Of a stretch of 64,000 nucleotides of DNA, positions 12,901 through 25,600 are shown piece by piece. The position numbers and the translations under genes were made by a program. The notes under the pieces were generated by a model. It made no database searches, was not told the DNA's origin, and saw only the letters and a program-made list of their open reading frames with translations. Every line of letters starts with the position of its first letter. Position 1 is the stretch's first letter. Source of the stretch: Lepidodermella squamata (Eukaryota > Animalia > Gastrotricha); contig JBLDXI010000011.1 in assembly GCA_047495785.1 (NCBI GenBank), forward strand, positions 1-64,000, given 5' to 3'.

Positions 12901-13689
12901 CGCCAATCGCCTGCAAACGTGTTTGCGCATGCTGCCACTATCGAATGATGCCGAAATATGGCTGATTTACCGCGGTGGCGCACGATTCTGCATCGTGGCG
13001 CTACGTAGAAGAGTCCAAAACTGCGATTCCAGCCGTTTTGGCTGGCAGCGAAATATCGGTCATCCGAAATGTGCGCCAATCGCCTGCAAACGTGTTTGCG
13101 CATGCTGCCACTATCGAATGATGCCAGAATATGGCTGATTTACCGCGGTGGCGCACGATTCTGCATCGTGGCGCTACGTAGAAGAGTCCAAAACTGCGAT
13201 TCCAGCCGTTTTGGCTGGCAGCGAAATATCGGTCATCCGAAATGTGCGCCAATCGCCTGCAAACGTGTTTGCGCATGCTGCCACTATCGAATGATGCCAG
13301 AATATGGCTGATTTACCGCGGTGGCGCACGATTCTGCATCGTGGCGCTACGTACAAGGGTCCAAAACTGCGATTTCAGCCGTTTTGGCTGGCAGCGAAAT
13401 ATCGGTCATCCGAAATGTGCGCCAATCGCCTGCAAACGTGTTTGCGCATGCTGCCACTATCGAATGATGCCGAAATATGGCTGATTTACCGCGGTGGCGC
13501 ACGATTCTGCATCGTGGCGCTACGTAGAAGAGTCCAAAACTGCGATTCCAGCCGTTTTGGCTGGCAGCGAAATATCGGTCATCCGAAATGTGCGCCAATC
13601 GCCTGCAAACGTGTTTGCGCATGCTGCCACTATCGAATGATGCCGAAATATGGCTGATTTACCGCGGTGGCGCACGATTCTGCATCGTG

Positions 13690-14730
13690 GCGCTACGTAC
13701 AAGGGTCCAAAACTGCAATTTCAGCCGTTTTGGCTGGCAGCGAAATATCGGTCATCCGAAATGTGCGCCAATCGCCTGCAAACGTGTTTGCGCATGCTGC
13801 CAATATCGAATGATGCCAGAATATAGCTGATTTACCGCGGTGGCGCACGATTCTGCATCGTGGCGCTATGTACAAGGGTCCGAAACTGCGATTTCAGCCG
13901 TTTTGGCTGGCAGCGAAATATCGGTCATCCGAAATGTGCGCCAATCGCCTGCAAACGTGGTTGCGCATGCTGCCACTATCGAATGATGCAAGAATATGGC
14001 TGATTTACCGCGGTGGCGCACGATTCTGCATCGTGGCGCTACGTACAAGGGTCCAAAACTGCAATTTCAGCCGTTTTGGCTGGCAGCGAAATATCGGTCA
14101 TCCAAAATGTGCGCCAACCGACTGCAAACGTGTTTGCGCATGCTGCCACTATCGAATGATGCCAGAATATAGCTGATTTACCGCGGTGGCGCACGATTCT
14201 GCATCGTGGCGCTACGTACAAGGGTCCAAAACTGCAATTTCAGCCGTTTTGGCTGGCAGCGAAATATCGGTCATCCAAAATGTGCGCCAATCGCCTGCAA
14301 ACGTGTTTGCGCATGCTGCCAATATCGAATGATGCCAGAATATAGCTGATTTACCGCGGTGGCGCACGATTCTGCATCGTGGCGCTATGTACAAGGGTCC
14401 GAAACTGCGATTTCAGCCGTTTTGGCTGGCAGCGAAATATCGGTCATCCGAAATGTGCGCCAATCGCCTGCAAACGTGGTTGCGCATGCTGCCACTATCG
14501 AATGATGCAAGAATATGGCTGATTTACCGCGGTGGCGCACGATTCTGCATCGTGGCGCTACGTACAAGGGTCCAAAACTGCAATTTCAGCCGTTTTGGCT
14601 GGCAGCGAAATATCGGTCATCCAAAATGTGCGCCAACCGACTGCAAACGTGTTTGCGCATGCTGCCACTATCGAATGATGCCAGAATATGGCTGATTTAC
14701 CGCGGTGGCGCACGATTCTGCATCGTGGCG
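13690..14730 (+). repeat. Local 3-mer (519 bp) higher-order duplication
   Basis: A rare variant set (CCAATATC, CTATGT, GTCCGAAA, GTGGTTG, ATGCAAG, AACCGACT) recurs at +519. For example, the CTATGT variant base is at 13869 and 14388. Confidence 0.88.
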
Positions 14731-16799
14731 CTACGTACAAGGGTCCAAAACTGCAATTTCAGCCGTTTTGGCTGGCAGCGAAATATCGGTCATCCAAAAT
14801 GTGCGCCAACCGACTGCAAACGTGTTTGCGCATGCTGCCACTATCGAATGATGCCAGAATATAGCTGATTTACCGCGGTGGCGCACGATTCTGCATCGTG
14901 GCGCTACGTACAAGGGTCCAAAACTGCAATTTCAGCCGTTTTGGCTGGCAGCGAAATATCGGTCATCCAAAATGTGCGCCAACCGACTGCAAACGTGTTT
15001 GCGCATGCTGCCACTATCGAATGATGCCAGAATATAGCTGATTTACCGCGGTGGCGCACGATTCTGCATCGTGGCGCTACGTACAAGGGTCCAAAACTGC
15101 TATTTCAGCCGTTTTGGCTGGCAGCGAAATATCGGTCATCCGAAATGTGCGCCAACCGCCTGCAAACGTGTTTGCGCATGCTGCCACTATCGAATGATGC
15201 CAGAATATGGCTGATTTACCGCGGTGGCGCACGATTCTGCATCGTGGCGCTACGTACAAGGGTCCAAAACTGCGATTTCAGCCGTTTTGGCTGGCAGCGA
15301 AATATCGGTCATCCAAAATGTGCGCCAATCGCCTGCAAACGTGTTTGCGCATGCTGCCACTATCGAATGATGCCAGAATATGGCTGATCTACCGCGGTGG
15401 CGCACGATTCTACATCGTGGCGCTACGTACAAGGGTCCAAAACTGCGATTTCAGCCGTTTTGGCTGGCAGCGAAATATCGGTCATCCGAAATGTGCGCCA
15501 ATCGCCTGCAAACGTGTTTGCTCATGCTGCCACTATCGAATGATGCCAGAATATGGCTGATTTACCGCGGTGGCGCACGATTCTGCATCGTGGCGCTACG
15601 TACAAGGGTCCAAAACTGCGATTTCAGCCGTTTTGGCTGGCAGCGAAATATCGGTCATCCGAAATGTGCGCCAATCGCCTGCAAACGTGTTTGCGCATGC
15701 TGCCAATATCGAATGATGCCAGAATATAGCTGATTTACCGCGGTGGCGCACGATTCTGCATCGTGGCGCTACGTACAAGGGTCCAAAACTGCGATTTCAG
15801 CCGTTTTGGTTGGCAGCGAAATATCGGTCATCCGAAATGTGCGCCAATCGCCTGCAAACGTGTTTGCGCATGCTGCCACTATCGAATGATGCCAGAATAT
15901 AGCTGATTTACCGCGGTGGCGCACGATTCTGCATCGTGGCGCTACGTACAAATGTTCAAAACTGCAATTTCAGCCGTTTTGGCTGGCAGCGAAATATCGG
16001 TCATCCGAAATGTGCGCCAATCGCCTGCAAACGTGTTTGCGCATGCTGCCACTATCGAATGATGCCAGAATATAGCTGATTTACCGCGGTGGCGCACGAT
16101 TCTGCATCGTGGCGCTACGTACAAATGTTCAAAACTGCAATTTCAGCCGTTTTGGCTGGCAGCGAAATATCGGTCATCCAAAATGTGCGCCAACCGACTG
16201 CAAACGTGTTTGCGCATGCTGCCACTATCGAATGATGCCAGAATATAGCTGATTTACCGCGGTGGCGCACGATTCTGCATCGTGGCGCTACGTACAAGGG
16301 TCCAAAACTGCGATTTCAGCCGTTTTGGTTGGCAGCGAAATATCGGTCATCCGAAATGTGCGCCAATCGCCTGCAAACGTGTTTGCGCATGCTGCCACTA
16401 TCGAATGATGCCAGAATATAGCTGATTTACCGCGGTGGCGCACGATTCTGCATCGTGGCGCTACGTACAAGGGTCCAAAACTGCGATTTCAGCCGTTTTG
16501 GCTGGCAGCGAAATATCGGTCATCCGAAATGTGCGCCAACCGCCTGCAAACGTGTTTGCGCATGCTGCCACTATCGAATGATGCCAGAATATGGCTGATT
16601 TACCGCGGTGGCGCACGATTCTGCATCGTTGCGCTACGTACAAGGGTCCAAAACTGCGATTTCAGCCGTTTTGACTGGCAGCGAAATATCGGTCATCCGA
16701 AATGTGCGCTAATCGCCTGCAAACGTGTTTGCGCATGCTGCCACTATCGAATGATGCCAGAATATAGCTGATTTACCGCGGTGGCGCACGATTCTGCAT

Positions 16800-19700
16800 C
16801 GTGGCGCTACGTACAAGGGTCCAAAACTGCGATTTCAGCCGTTTTGGCTGGCAGCGAAATATCGGTCATCCGAAACGTGCGCCAACCGCCTGCAAACGTG
16901 TTTGCGCATGCTGCCACTATCGAATGATGCCAGAATATAGCTGTTTTTCCGCGGTGGCGCACGATTCTACATCGTGGCGCTACGTACAAGGGTCCAAAAC
17001 TGCGATTTCAGCCGTTTTGGCTGGCAGCGAAATATCGGTCATCCGAAATGTGCGCCAACCGCCTGCAAACGTGTTTGCGCATGCTGCCACTATCGAATGA
17101 TGCCAGAAAATAGCTGATTTACCGCGGTGGCGCACGATTCTACATCGTGGCGCTACGTACAAGGGTCCAAAACTGCGATTTCAGCCGTTTTGGCTGGCAG
17201 CGAAATATCGGTCATCCGAAATGTGCGCCAACCGCCTGCAAACGTGTTTGCGCATGCTGCCACTATCGAATGATGCCAGAATATGGCTGATTTACCGCGG
17301 TGGCGCACGATTCTGCATCGTGGCGCTACGTACAAGGGTCCGAAACTGCGATTTCAGCCGTTTTGGCTGGCAGCGAAATATCGGTCATCCGAAATGTGCG
17401 CCAATCGCCTGCAAACGTGTTTGCGCATGCTGCCACTATCGAATGATGCCAGAAAATAGCTGATTTACCGCGGTGGCGCACGATTCTACATCGTGGCGCT
17501 ACGTACAAGGGTCCAAAACTGCGATTTCAGCCGTTTTGGCTGGCAGCGAAATATCGGTCATCCGAAATGTGCGCCAACCGCCTGCAAACGTGTTTGCGCA
17601 TGCTGCCACTATCGAATGATGCCAGAATATGGCTGATTTACCGCGGTGGCGCACGATTCTGCATCGTGGCGCTACGTACAAGGGTCCGAAACTGCGATTT
17701 CAGCCGTTTTGGCTGGCAGCGAAATATCGGTCATCCGAAATGTGCGCCAATCGCCTGCAAACGTGTTTGCGCATGCTGCCACTATCGAATGATGCCAGAA
17801 TATGGCTGATTTACCGCGGTGGCGCACGATTCTACATCGTGGCGCTACGTACAAGGGTCCGAAACTGCGATTTCAGCCGTTTTGGCTGGCAGCGAAATAT
17901 CGGTCATCCGAAATGTGCGCCAATCGCCTGCAAACGTGTTTGCGCATGCTGCCACTATCGAATGATGCCAGAATATAGCTGATTTACCGCGGTGGCGCAC
18001 GATTCTGCGTCGTGGCGCTACGTACAAGGGTCCAAAACTGCGATTTCAGCCGTTTTGGCTGGCAGCGAAATATCGGTCATCCGAAACGTGCGCCAACCGC
18101 CTGCAAACGTGTTTGCGCATGCTGCCACTATCGAATGATGCCAGAATATAGCTGTTTTTCCGCGGTGGCGCACGATTCTACATCGTGGCGCTACGTACAA
18201 GGGTCCAAAACTGCGATTTCAGCCGTTTTGGCTGGCAGCGAAATATCGGTCATCCGAAATGTGCGCCAACCGCCTGCAAACGTGTTTGCGCATGCTGCCA
18301 CTATCGAATGATGCCAGAAAATAGCTGATTTACCGCGGTGGCGCACGATTCTGCATCGTGGCGCTACGTACAAGGGTCCGAAACTGCGATTTCAGCCGTT
18401 TTGGCTGGCAGCGAAATATCGGTCATCCGAAATGTGCGCCAATCGCCTGCAAACGTGTTTGCGCATGCTGCCACTATCGAATGATGCCAGAATATGGCTG
18501 ATTTACCGCGGTGGCGCACGATTCTACATCGTGGCGCTACGTACAAGGGTCCGAAACTGCGATTTCAGCCGTTTTGGCTGGCAGCGAAATATCGGTCATC
18601 CGAAATGTGCGCCAATCGCCTGCAAACGTGTTTGCGCATGCTGCCACTATCGAATGATGCCAGAATATGGCTGATTTACCGCGGTGGCGCACGAATCTGC
18701 ATCGTGGCGCTACGTAGAAGAGTCCAAAACTGCGATTCCAGCCGTTTTGGCTGGCAGCGAAATATCGGTCATCCGAAATGTGCGCCAACCGCCTGCAAAC
18801 GTGTTTGCGCATGCTGCCACTATCGAATGATGCCAGAATATGGCTGATTTACCGCGGTGGCGCACGAATCTGCATCGTGGCGCTACGTAGAAGAGTCCAA
18901 AACTGCGATTCCAGCCGTTTTGGCTGGCAGCGAAATATCGGTCATCCGAAATGTGCGCCTACCGCCTGCAAACGTGTTTGCGCATGCTGCCACTATCGAA
19001 TGATGCCAGAATATGGCTGATTTACCGCGGTGGCGCACGATTCTGCATCGTGGCGCTACGTACAAGGGTCCGAAACTGCGATTTCAGCCGTTTTGGCTGG
19101 CAGCGAAATATCGGTCATCCGAAATGTGCGCTAATCGGCTGCAAACGTGTTTGCGCATGCTGCCACTATCGAATGATGCCAGAATATGGCTGATTTACCG
19201 CGGTGGCGCACGATTCTGCATCGTGGCGCTACGTACAAGGGTCCGAAACTGCGATTTCAGCCGTTTTGGCTGGCAGCGAAATATCGGTCATCCGAAATGT
19301 GCGCTAATCGGCTGCAAACGTGTTTGCGCATGCTGCCACTATCGAATGATGCCAGAATATGGCTGATTTACCGCGGTGGCGCACGATTCTACATCGTGGC
19401 GCTACGTACAAGGGTCCGAAACTGCGATTTCAGCCGTTTTGGCTGGCAGCGAAATATCGGTCATCCGAAATGTGCGCCAATCGCCTGCAAACGTGTTTGC
19501 GCATGCTGCCACTATCGAATGATGCCAGAATATGGCTGATTTACCGCGGTGGCGCACGAATCTGCATCGTGGCGCTACGTACAAGGGTCCGAAACTGCGA
19601 TTTCAGCCGTTTTGGCTGGCAGCGAAATATCGGTCATCCGAAATGTGCGCTAATCGGCTGCAAACGTGTTTGCGCATGCTGCCACTATCGAATGATGCAA

Positions 19701-22630
19701 GAATATGGCTGATTTACCGCGGTGGCGCACGATTCTGCATCGTGGCGCTACGTACAAGGGTCCAAAACTGCGATTTCAGCCGTTTTGGCTGGCAGCGAAA
19801 TATCGGTCATCCGAAACGTGCGCCAACCGCCTGCAAACGTGTTTGCGCATGCTGCCACTATCGAATGATGCCAGAATATAGCTGTTTTTCCGCGGTGGCG
19901 CACGATTCTACATCGTGGCGCTACGTACAAGGGTCCAAAACTGCGATTTCAGCCGTTTTGGCTGGCAGCGAAATATCGGTCATCCGAAATGTGCGCCAAC
20001 CGCCTGCAAACGTGTTTGCGCATGCTGCCACTATCGAATGATGCCAGAAAATAGCTGATTTACCGCGGTGGCGCACGATTCTACATCGTGGCGCTACGTA
20101 CAAGGGTCCAAAACTGCGATTTCAGCCGTTTTGGCTGGCAGCGAAATATCGGTCATCCGAAATGTGCGCCAACCGCCTGCAAACGTGTTTGCGCATGCTG
20201 CCACTATCGAATGATGCCAGAATATGGCTGATTTACCGCGGTGGCGCACGATTCTGCATCGTGGCGCTACGTACAAGGGTCCGAAACTGCGATTTCAGCC
20301 GTTTTGGCTGGCAGCGAAATATCGGTCATCCGAAATGTGCGCCAATCGCCTGCAAACGTGTTTGCGCATGCTGCCACTATCGAATGATGCCAGAATATGG
20401 CTGATTTACCGCGGTGGCGCACGATTCTACATCGTGGCGCTACGTACAAGGGTCCGAAACTGCGATTTCAGCCGTTTTGGCTGGCAGCGAAATATCGGTC
20501 ATCCGAAATGTGCGCCAATCGCCTGCAAACGTGTTTGCGCATGCTGCCACTATCGAATGATGCCAGAATATGGCTGATTTACCGCGGTGGCGCACGATTC
20601 TACATCGTGGCGCTACGTAAAAGGGTCCAAAACTGCGATTTCAGCCGTTTTGGCTGGCAGCGAAATATCGGTCATCCGAAATGTGCGCCAACCGCCTGCG
20701 AACGTGTTTGCGCATGCTGTCACTATCGAATGATGCAAGAATATGGCTGATTTACCGCGGTGGCGCACGATTCTGCATCGTTGCGCTACGTACAAGGGTC
20801 CAAAACTGCGATTTCAGCCGTTTTGACTGGCAGCGAAATATCGGTCATCCGAAATGTGCGCTAATCGCCTGCAAACGTGTTTGCGCATGCTGCCACTATC
20901 GAATGATGCCAGAATATAGCTGATTTACCGCGGTGGCGCACGATTCTGCGTCGTGGCGCTACGTACAAGGGTCCAAAACTGCGATTTCAGCCGTTTTGGC
21001 TGGCAGCGAAATATCGGTCATCCGAAACGTGCGCCAACCGCCTGCAAACGTGTTTGCGCATGCTGCCACTATCGAATGATGCCAGAATATAGCTGTTTTT
21101 CCGCGGTGGCGCACGATTCTACATCGTGGCGCTACGTACAAGGGTCCAAAACTGCGATTTCAGCCGTTTTGGCTGGCAGCGAAATATCGGTCATCCGAAA
21201 TGTGCGCCAACCGCCTGCAAACGTGTTTGCGCATGCTGCCACTATCGAATGATGCCAGAAAATAGCTGATTTACCGCGGTGGCGCACGATTCTGCATCGT
21301 GGCGCTACGTACAAGGGTCCGAAACTGCGATTTCAGCCGTTTTGGCTGGCAGCGAAATATCGGTCATCCGAAATGTGCGCCAATCGCCTGCAAACGTGTT
21401 TGCGCATGCTGCCACTATCGAATGATGCCAGAATATGGCTGATTTACCGCGGTGGCGCACGATTCTACATCGTGGCGCTACGTACAAGGGTCCGAAACTG
21501 CGATTTCAGCCGTTTTGGCTGGCAGCGAAATATCGGTCATCCGAAATGTGCGCCAATCGCCTGCAAACGTGTTTGCGCATGCTGCCACTATCGAATGATG
21601 CCAGAATATGGCTGATTTACCGCGGTGGCGCACGAATCTGCATCGTGGCGCTACGTAGAAGAGTCCAAAACTGCGATTCCAGCCGTTTTGGCTGGCAGCG
21701 AAATATCGGTCATCCGAAATGTGCGCCAACCGCCTGCAAACGTGTTTGCGCATGCTGCCACTATCGAATGATGCCAGAATATGGCTGATTTACCGCGGTG
21801 GCGCACGAATCTGCATCGTGGCGCTACGTAGAAGAGTCCAAAACTGCGATTCCAGCCGTTTTGGCTGGCAGCGAAATATCGGTCATCCGAAATGTGCGCC
21901 TACCGCCTGCAAACGTGTTTGCGCATGCTGCCACTATCGAATGATGCCAGAATATGGCTGATTTACCGCGGTGGCGCACGATTCTGCATCGTGGCGCTAC
22001 GTACAAGGGTCCGAAACTGCGATTTCAGCCGTTTTGGCTGGCAGCGAAATATCGGTCATCCGAAATGTGCGCTAATCGGCTGCAAACGTGTTTGCGCATG
22101 CTGCCACTATCGAATGATGCCAGAATATGGCTGATTTACCGCGGTGGCGCACGATTCTGCATCGTGGCGCTACGTACAAGGGTCCGAAACTGCGATTTCA
22201 GCCGTTTTGGCTGGCAGCGAAATATCGGTCATCCGAAATGTGCGCTAATCGGCTGCAAACGTGTTTGCGCATGCTGCCACTATCGAATGATGCCAGAATA
22301 TGGCTGATTTACCGCGGTGGCGCACGATTCTACATCGTGGCGCTACGTACAAGGGTCCGAAACTGCGATTTCAGCCGTTTTGGCTGGCAGCGAAATATCG
22401 GTCATCCGAAATGTGCGCCAATCGCCTGCAAACGTGTTTGCGCATGCTGCCACTATCGAATGATGCCAGAATATGGCTGATTTACCGCGGTGGCGCACGA
22501 ATCTGCATCGTGGCGCTACGTACAAGGGTCCGAAACTGCGATTTCAGCCGTTTTGGCTGGCAGCGAAATATCGGTCATCCGAAATGTGCGCTAATCGGCT
22601 GCAAACGTGTTTGCGCATGCTGCCACTATC
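16800..22630 (+). repeat. Imperfect 17-mer (2941 bp) higher-order repeat, about two copies
   Basis: About 17960-19688 matches about 20901-22629 variant for variant (TCTGCGT at 18009 and 20950). The marker monomer GAAACGTG...CTGTTTTTCC occurs at 16876, 18087, 19817 and 21028, spacings of 7, 10 and 7 monomers. Confidence 0.9.
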
Positions 22631-25600
22631 GAATGATGCCAGAATATGGCTGATTTACCGCGGTGGCGCACGATTCTGCATCGTGGCGCTACGTACAAGG
22701 GTCCGAAACTGCGATTTCAGCCGTTTTGGCTGGCAGCGAAATATCGGTCATCCGAAATGTGCGCTAATCGGCTGCAAACGTGTTTGCGCATGCTGCCACT
22801 ATCGAATGATGCCAGAATATAGCTGATTTACCGCGGTGGCGCACGATTCTGCATCGTGGCGCTCCGTACAAGGGTCCAAAACTGCGATTTCAGCGGTTTT
22901 GGCTGGCAGCGAAATATCGGTCATCCGAAATGTGCGCCAACCGCCTGCAAACGTGTTTGCGCATGCTGTCACTATCGAATGATGCAAGAATATGGCTGAT
23001 TTACCGCGGTGGCGCACGATTCTGCATCGTGGCGCTACGTAGAAGAGTCCAAAACTGCGATTCCAGCCGTTTTGGCTGGCAGCGAAATATCGGTCATCCG
23101 AAATGTGCGCCTACCGCCTGCAAACGTGTTTGCGCATGCTGCCACTATCGAATGATGCCAGAATATAGCTGTTTTTCCGCGGTGGCGCACGATTCTACAT
23201 CGTGGCGCTACGTACAAGGGTTCAAAACTGCTATTTCAGCCGTTTTGGTTGGCAGCGAAATATCGGTCATCCGAAATGTGCGCCAATCGCCTGCAAACGT
23301 GTTTGCGCATGCTGCCACTATCGAATGATGCCAGAATATGGCTGATTTACCGCGGTGGCGCACGATTCTGCATCGTGGCGCTACGTACAAGGGTCCGAAA
23401 CTGCGATTTCAGCCGTTTTGGCTGGCAGCGAAATATCGGTCATCCGAAATGTGCGCTAATCGCCTGCAAACGTGTTTGCGCATGCTGCCACTATCGAATG
23501 ATGCCAGAATATGGCTGATTTACCGCGGTGGCGCACGATTCTGCATCGTGGCGCTACGTAGAAGAGTCCAAAACTGCGATTCCAGCCGTTTTGGCTGGCA
23601 GCGAAATATCGGTCATCCGAAATGTGCGCCAATCGCCTGCAAACGTGTTTGCGCATGCTGCCACTATCGAATGATGCCAGAATATGGCTGATTTACCGCG
23701 GTGGCGCACGATTCTGCATCGTGGCGCTACGTAGAAGAGTCCAAAACTGCGATTTCAGCCGTTTTGGCTGGCAGCGAAATATCGGTCATCCGAAATGTGG
23801 GCCAATCGCCTGCAAACGTGTTTGCGCATGCTGCCACTATCGAATGATGCCAGAATATGGCTGATTTACCGCGGTGGCGCACGATTCTGCATCGTGGCGC
23901 TACGTAGAAGAGTCCAAAACTGCGATTCCAGCCGTTTTGGCTGGCAGCGAAATATCGGTCATCCGAAATGTGCGCCAATCGCCTGCAAACGTGTTTGCGC
24001 ATGCTGCCACTATCGAATGATGCCAGAATATAGCTGTTTTTCCGCGGTGGCGCACGATTCTACATCGTGGCGCTACGTACAAGGGTTCAAAACTGCTATT
24101 TCAGCCGTTTTGGCTGGCAGCGAAATATCGGTCATCCGAAATGTGCGCCAACCGCCTGCAAACGTGTTTGCGCATGCTGCCACTATCGAATGATGCCAGA
24201 ATATGGCTGATTTACCGCGGTGGCGCACGATTCTGCATCGTGGCGCTACGTAGAAGAGTCCAAAACTGCGATTCCAGCCGTTTTGGCTGGCAGCGAAATA
24301 TCGGTCATCCGAAATGTGCGCCAATCGCCTGCAAACGTGTTTGCGCATGCTGCCACTATCGAATGATGCCAGAATATGGCTGATTTACCGCGGTGGCGCA
24401 CGATTCTGCATCGTGGCGCTACGTACAAGGGTCCGAAACTGCGATTTCAGCCGTTTTGGCTGGCAGCGAAATATCGGTCATCCGAAATGTGCGCCAATCG
24501 CCTGCAAACGTGTTTGCGCATGCTGCCACTATCGAATGATGCCAGAATATGGCTGATTTACCGCGGTGGCGCACGATTCTGCATCGTGGCGCTACGTAGA
24601 AGAGTCCAAAACTGCGATTCCAGCCGTTTTGGCTGGCAGCGAAATATCGGTCATCCGAAATGTGCGCCAATCGCCTGCAAACGTGTTTGCGCATGCTGCC
24701 ACTATCGAATGATGCCAGAATATAGCTGTTTTTCCGCGGTGGCGCACGATTCTGCATCGTGGCGCTACATAGAAGAGTCCAAAACCGCGATTCCAGCCGT
24801 TTTGGCTGGCAGCGAAATATCGGTCATCCGAAATGTGCGCTAATCGCCTGCAAACGTGTTTGCGCATGCTGCCACTATCGAATGATGCCAGAATATGGCT
24901 GATTTATCGCGGTGGCGCACGATTCTGCATCGTGGCGCTACGTACAAGGGTCCAAAACTGCGATTTCAGCCGTTTTGGCTGGCAGCGAAATATCGGTCAT
25001 CCGAAATGTGCGCCAACCGCCTGCAAACGTGTTTGCGCATGCTGCCACTATCGAATGATGCCAGAATATAGCTGATTGACCGCGGTGGCGCACGATTCTG
25101 CATCGTGGCGCTACGTACAAGGGTCCAAAACTGCGATTTCAGCCGTTATGGCTGGCAGCGAAATATCGGTCATCCGAAATGTGCGCCAACCGCCTGCAAA
25201 CGTGTTTGCGCATGCTGCCACTATCGAATGATGCCAGAATATGGCTGATTTACCGCGGTGGCGCACGATTCTGCATCGTGGCGCTACGTACAAGGGTCCA
25301 AAACCGCGATTCCAGCCGTTTTGGCTGGCAGCGAAATATCGGTCATCCGAAATGTGCGCTAATCGCCTGCAAACGTGTTTGCGCATGCTGCCACTATCGA
25401 ATGATGCCAGAATATGGCTGATTTACCGCGGTGGCGCACGATTCTGCATCGTGGCGCTACGTACAAGGGTCCGAAACTGCGATTCCAGCCGTTTTGGCTG
25501 GCAGCGAAATATCGGTCATCCGAAATGTGCGCCAATCGCCTGCAAACGTGTTTGCGCATGCTGCCACTATCGAATGATGCCAGAATATGGCTGATTTACC

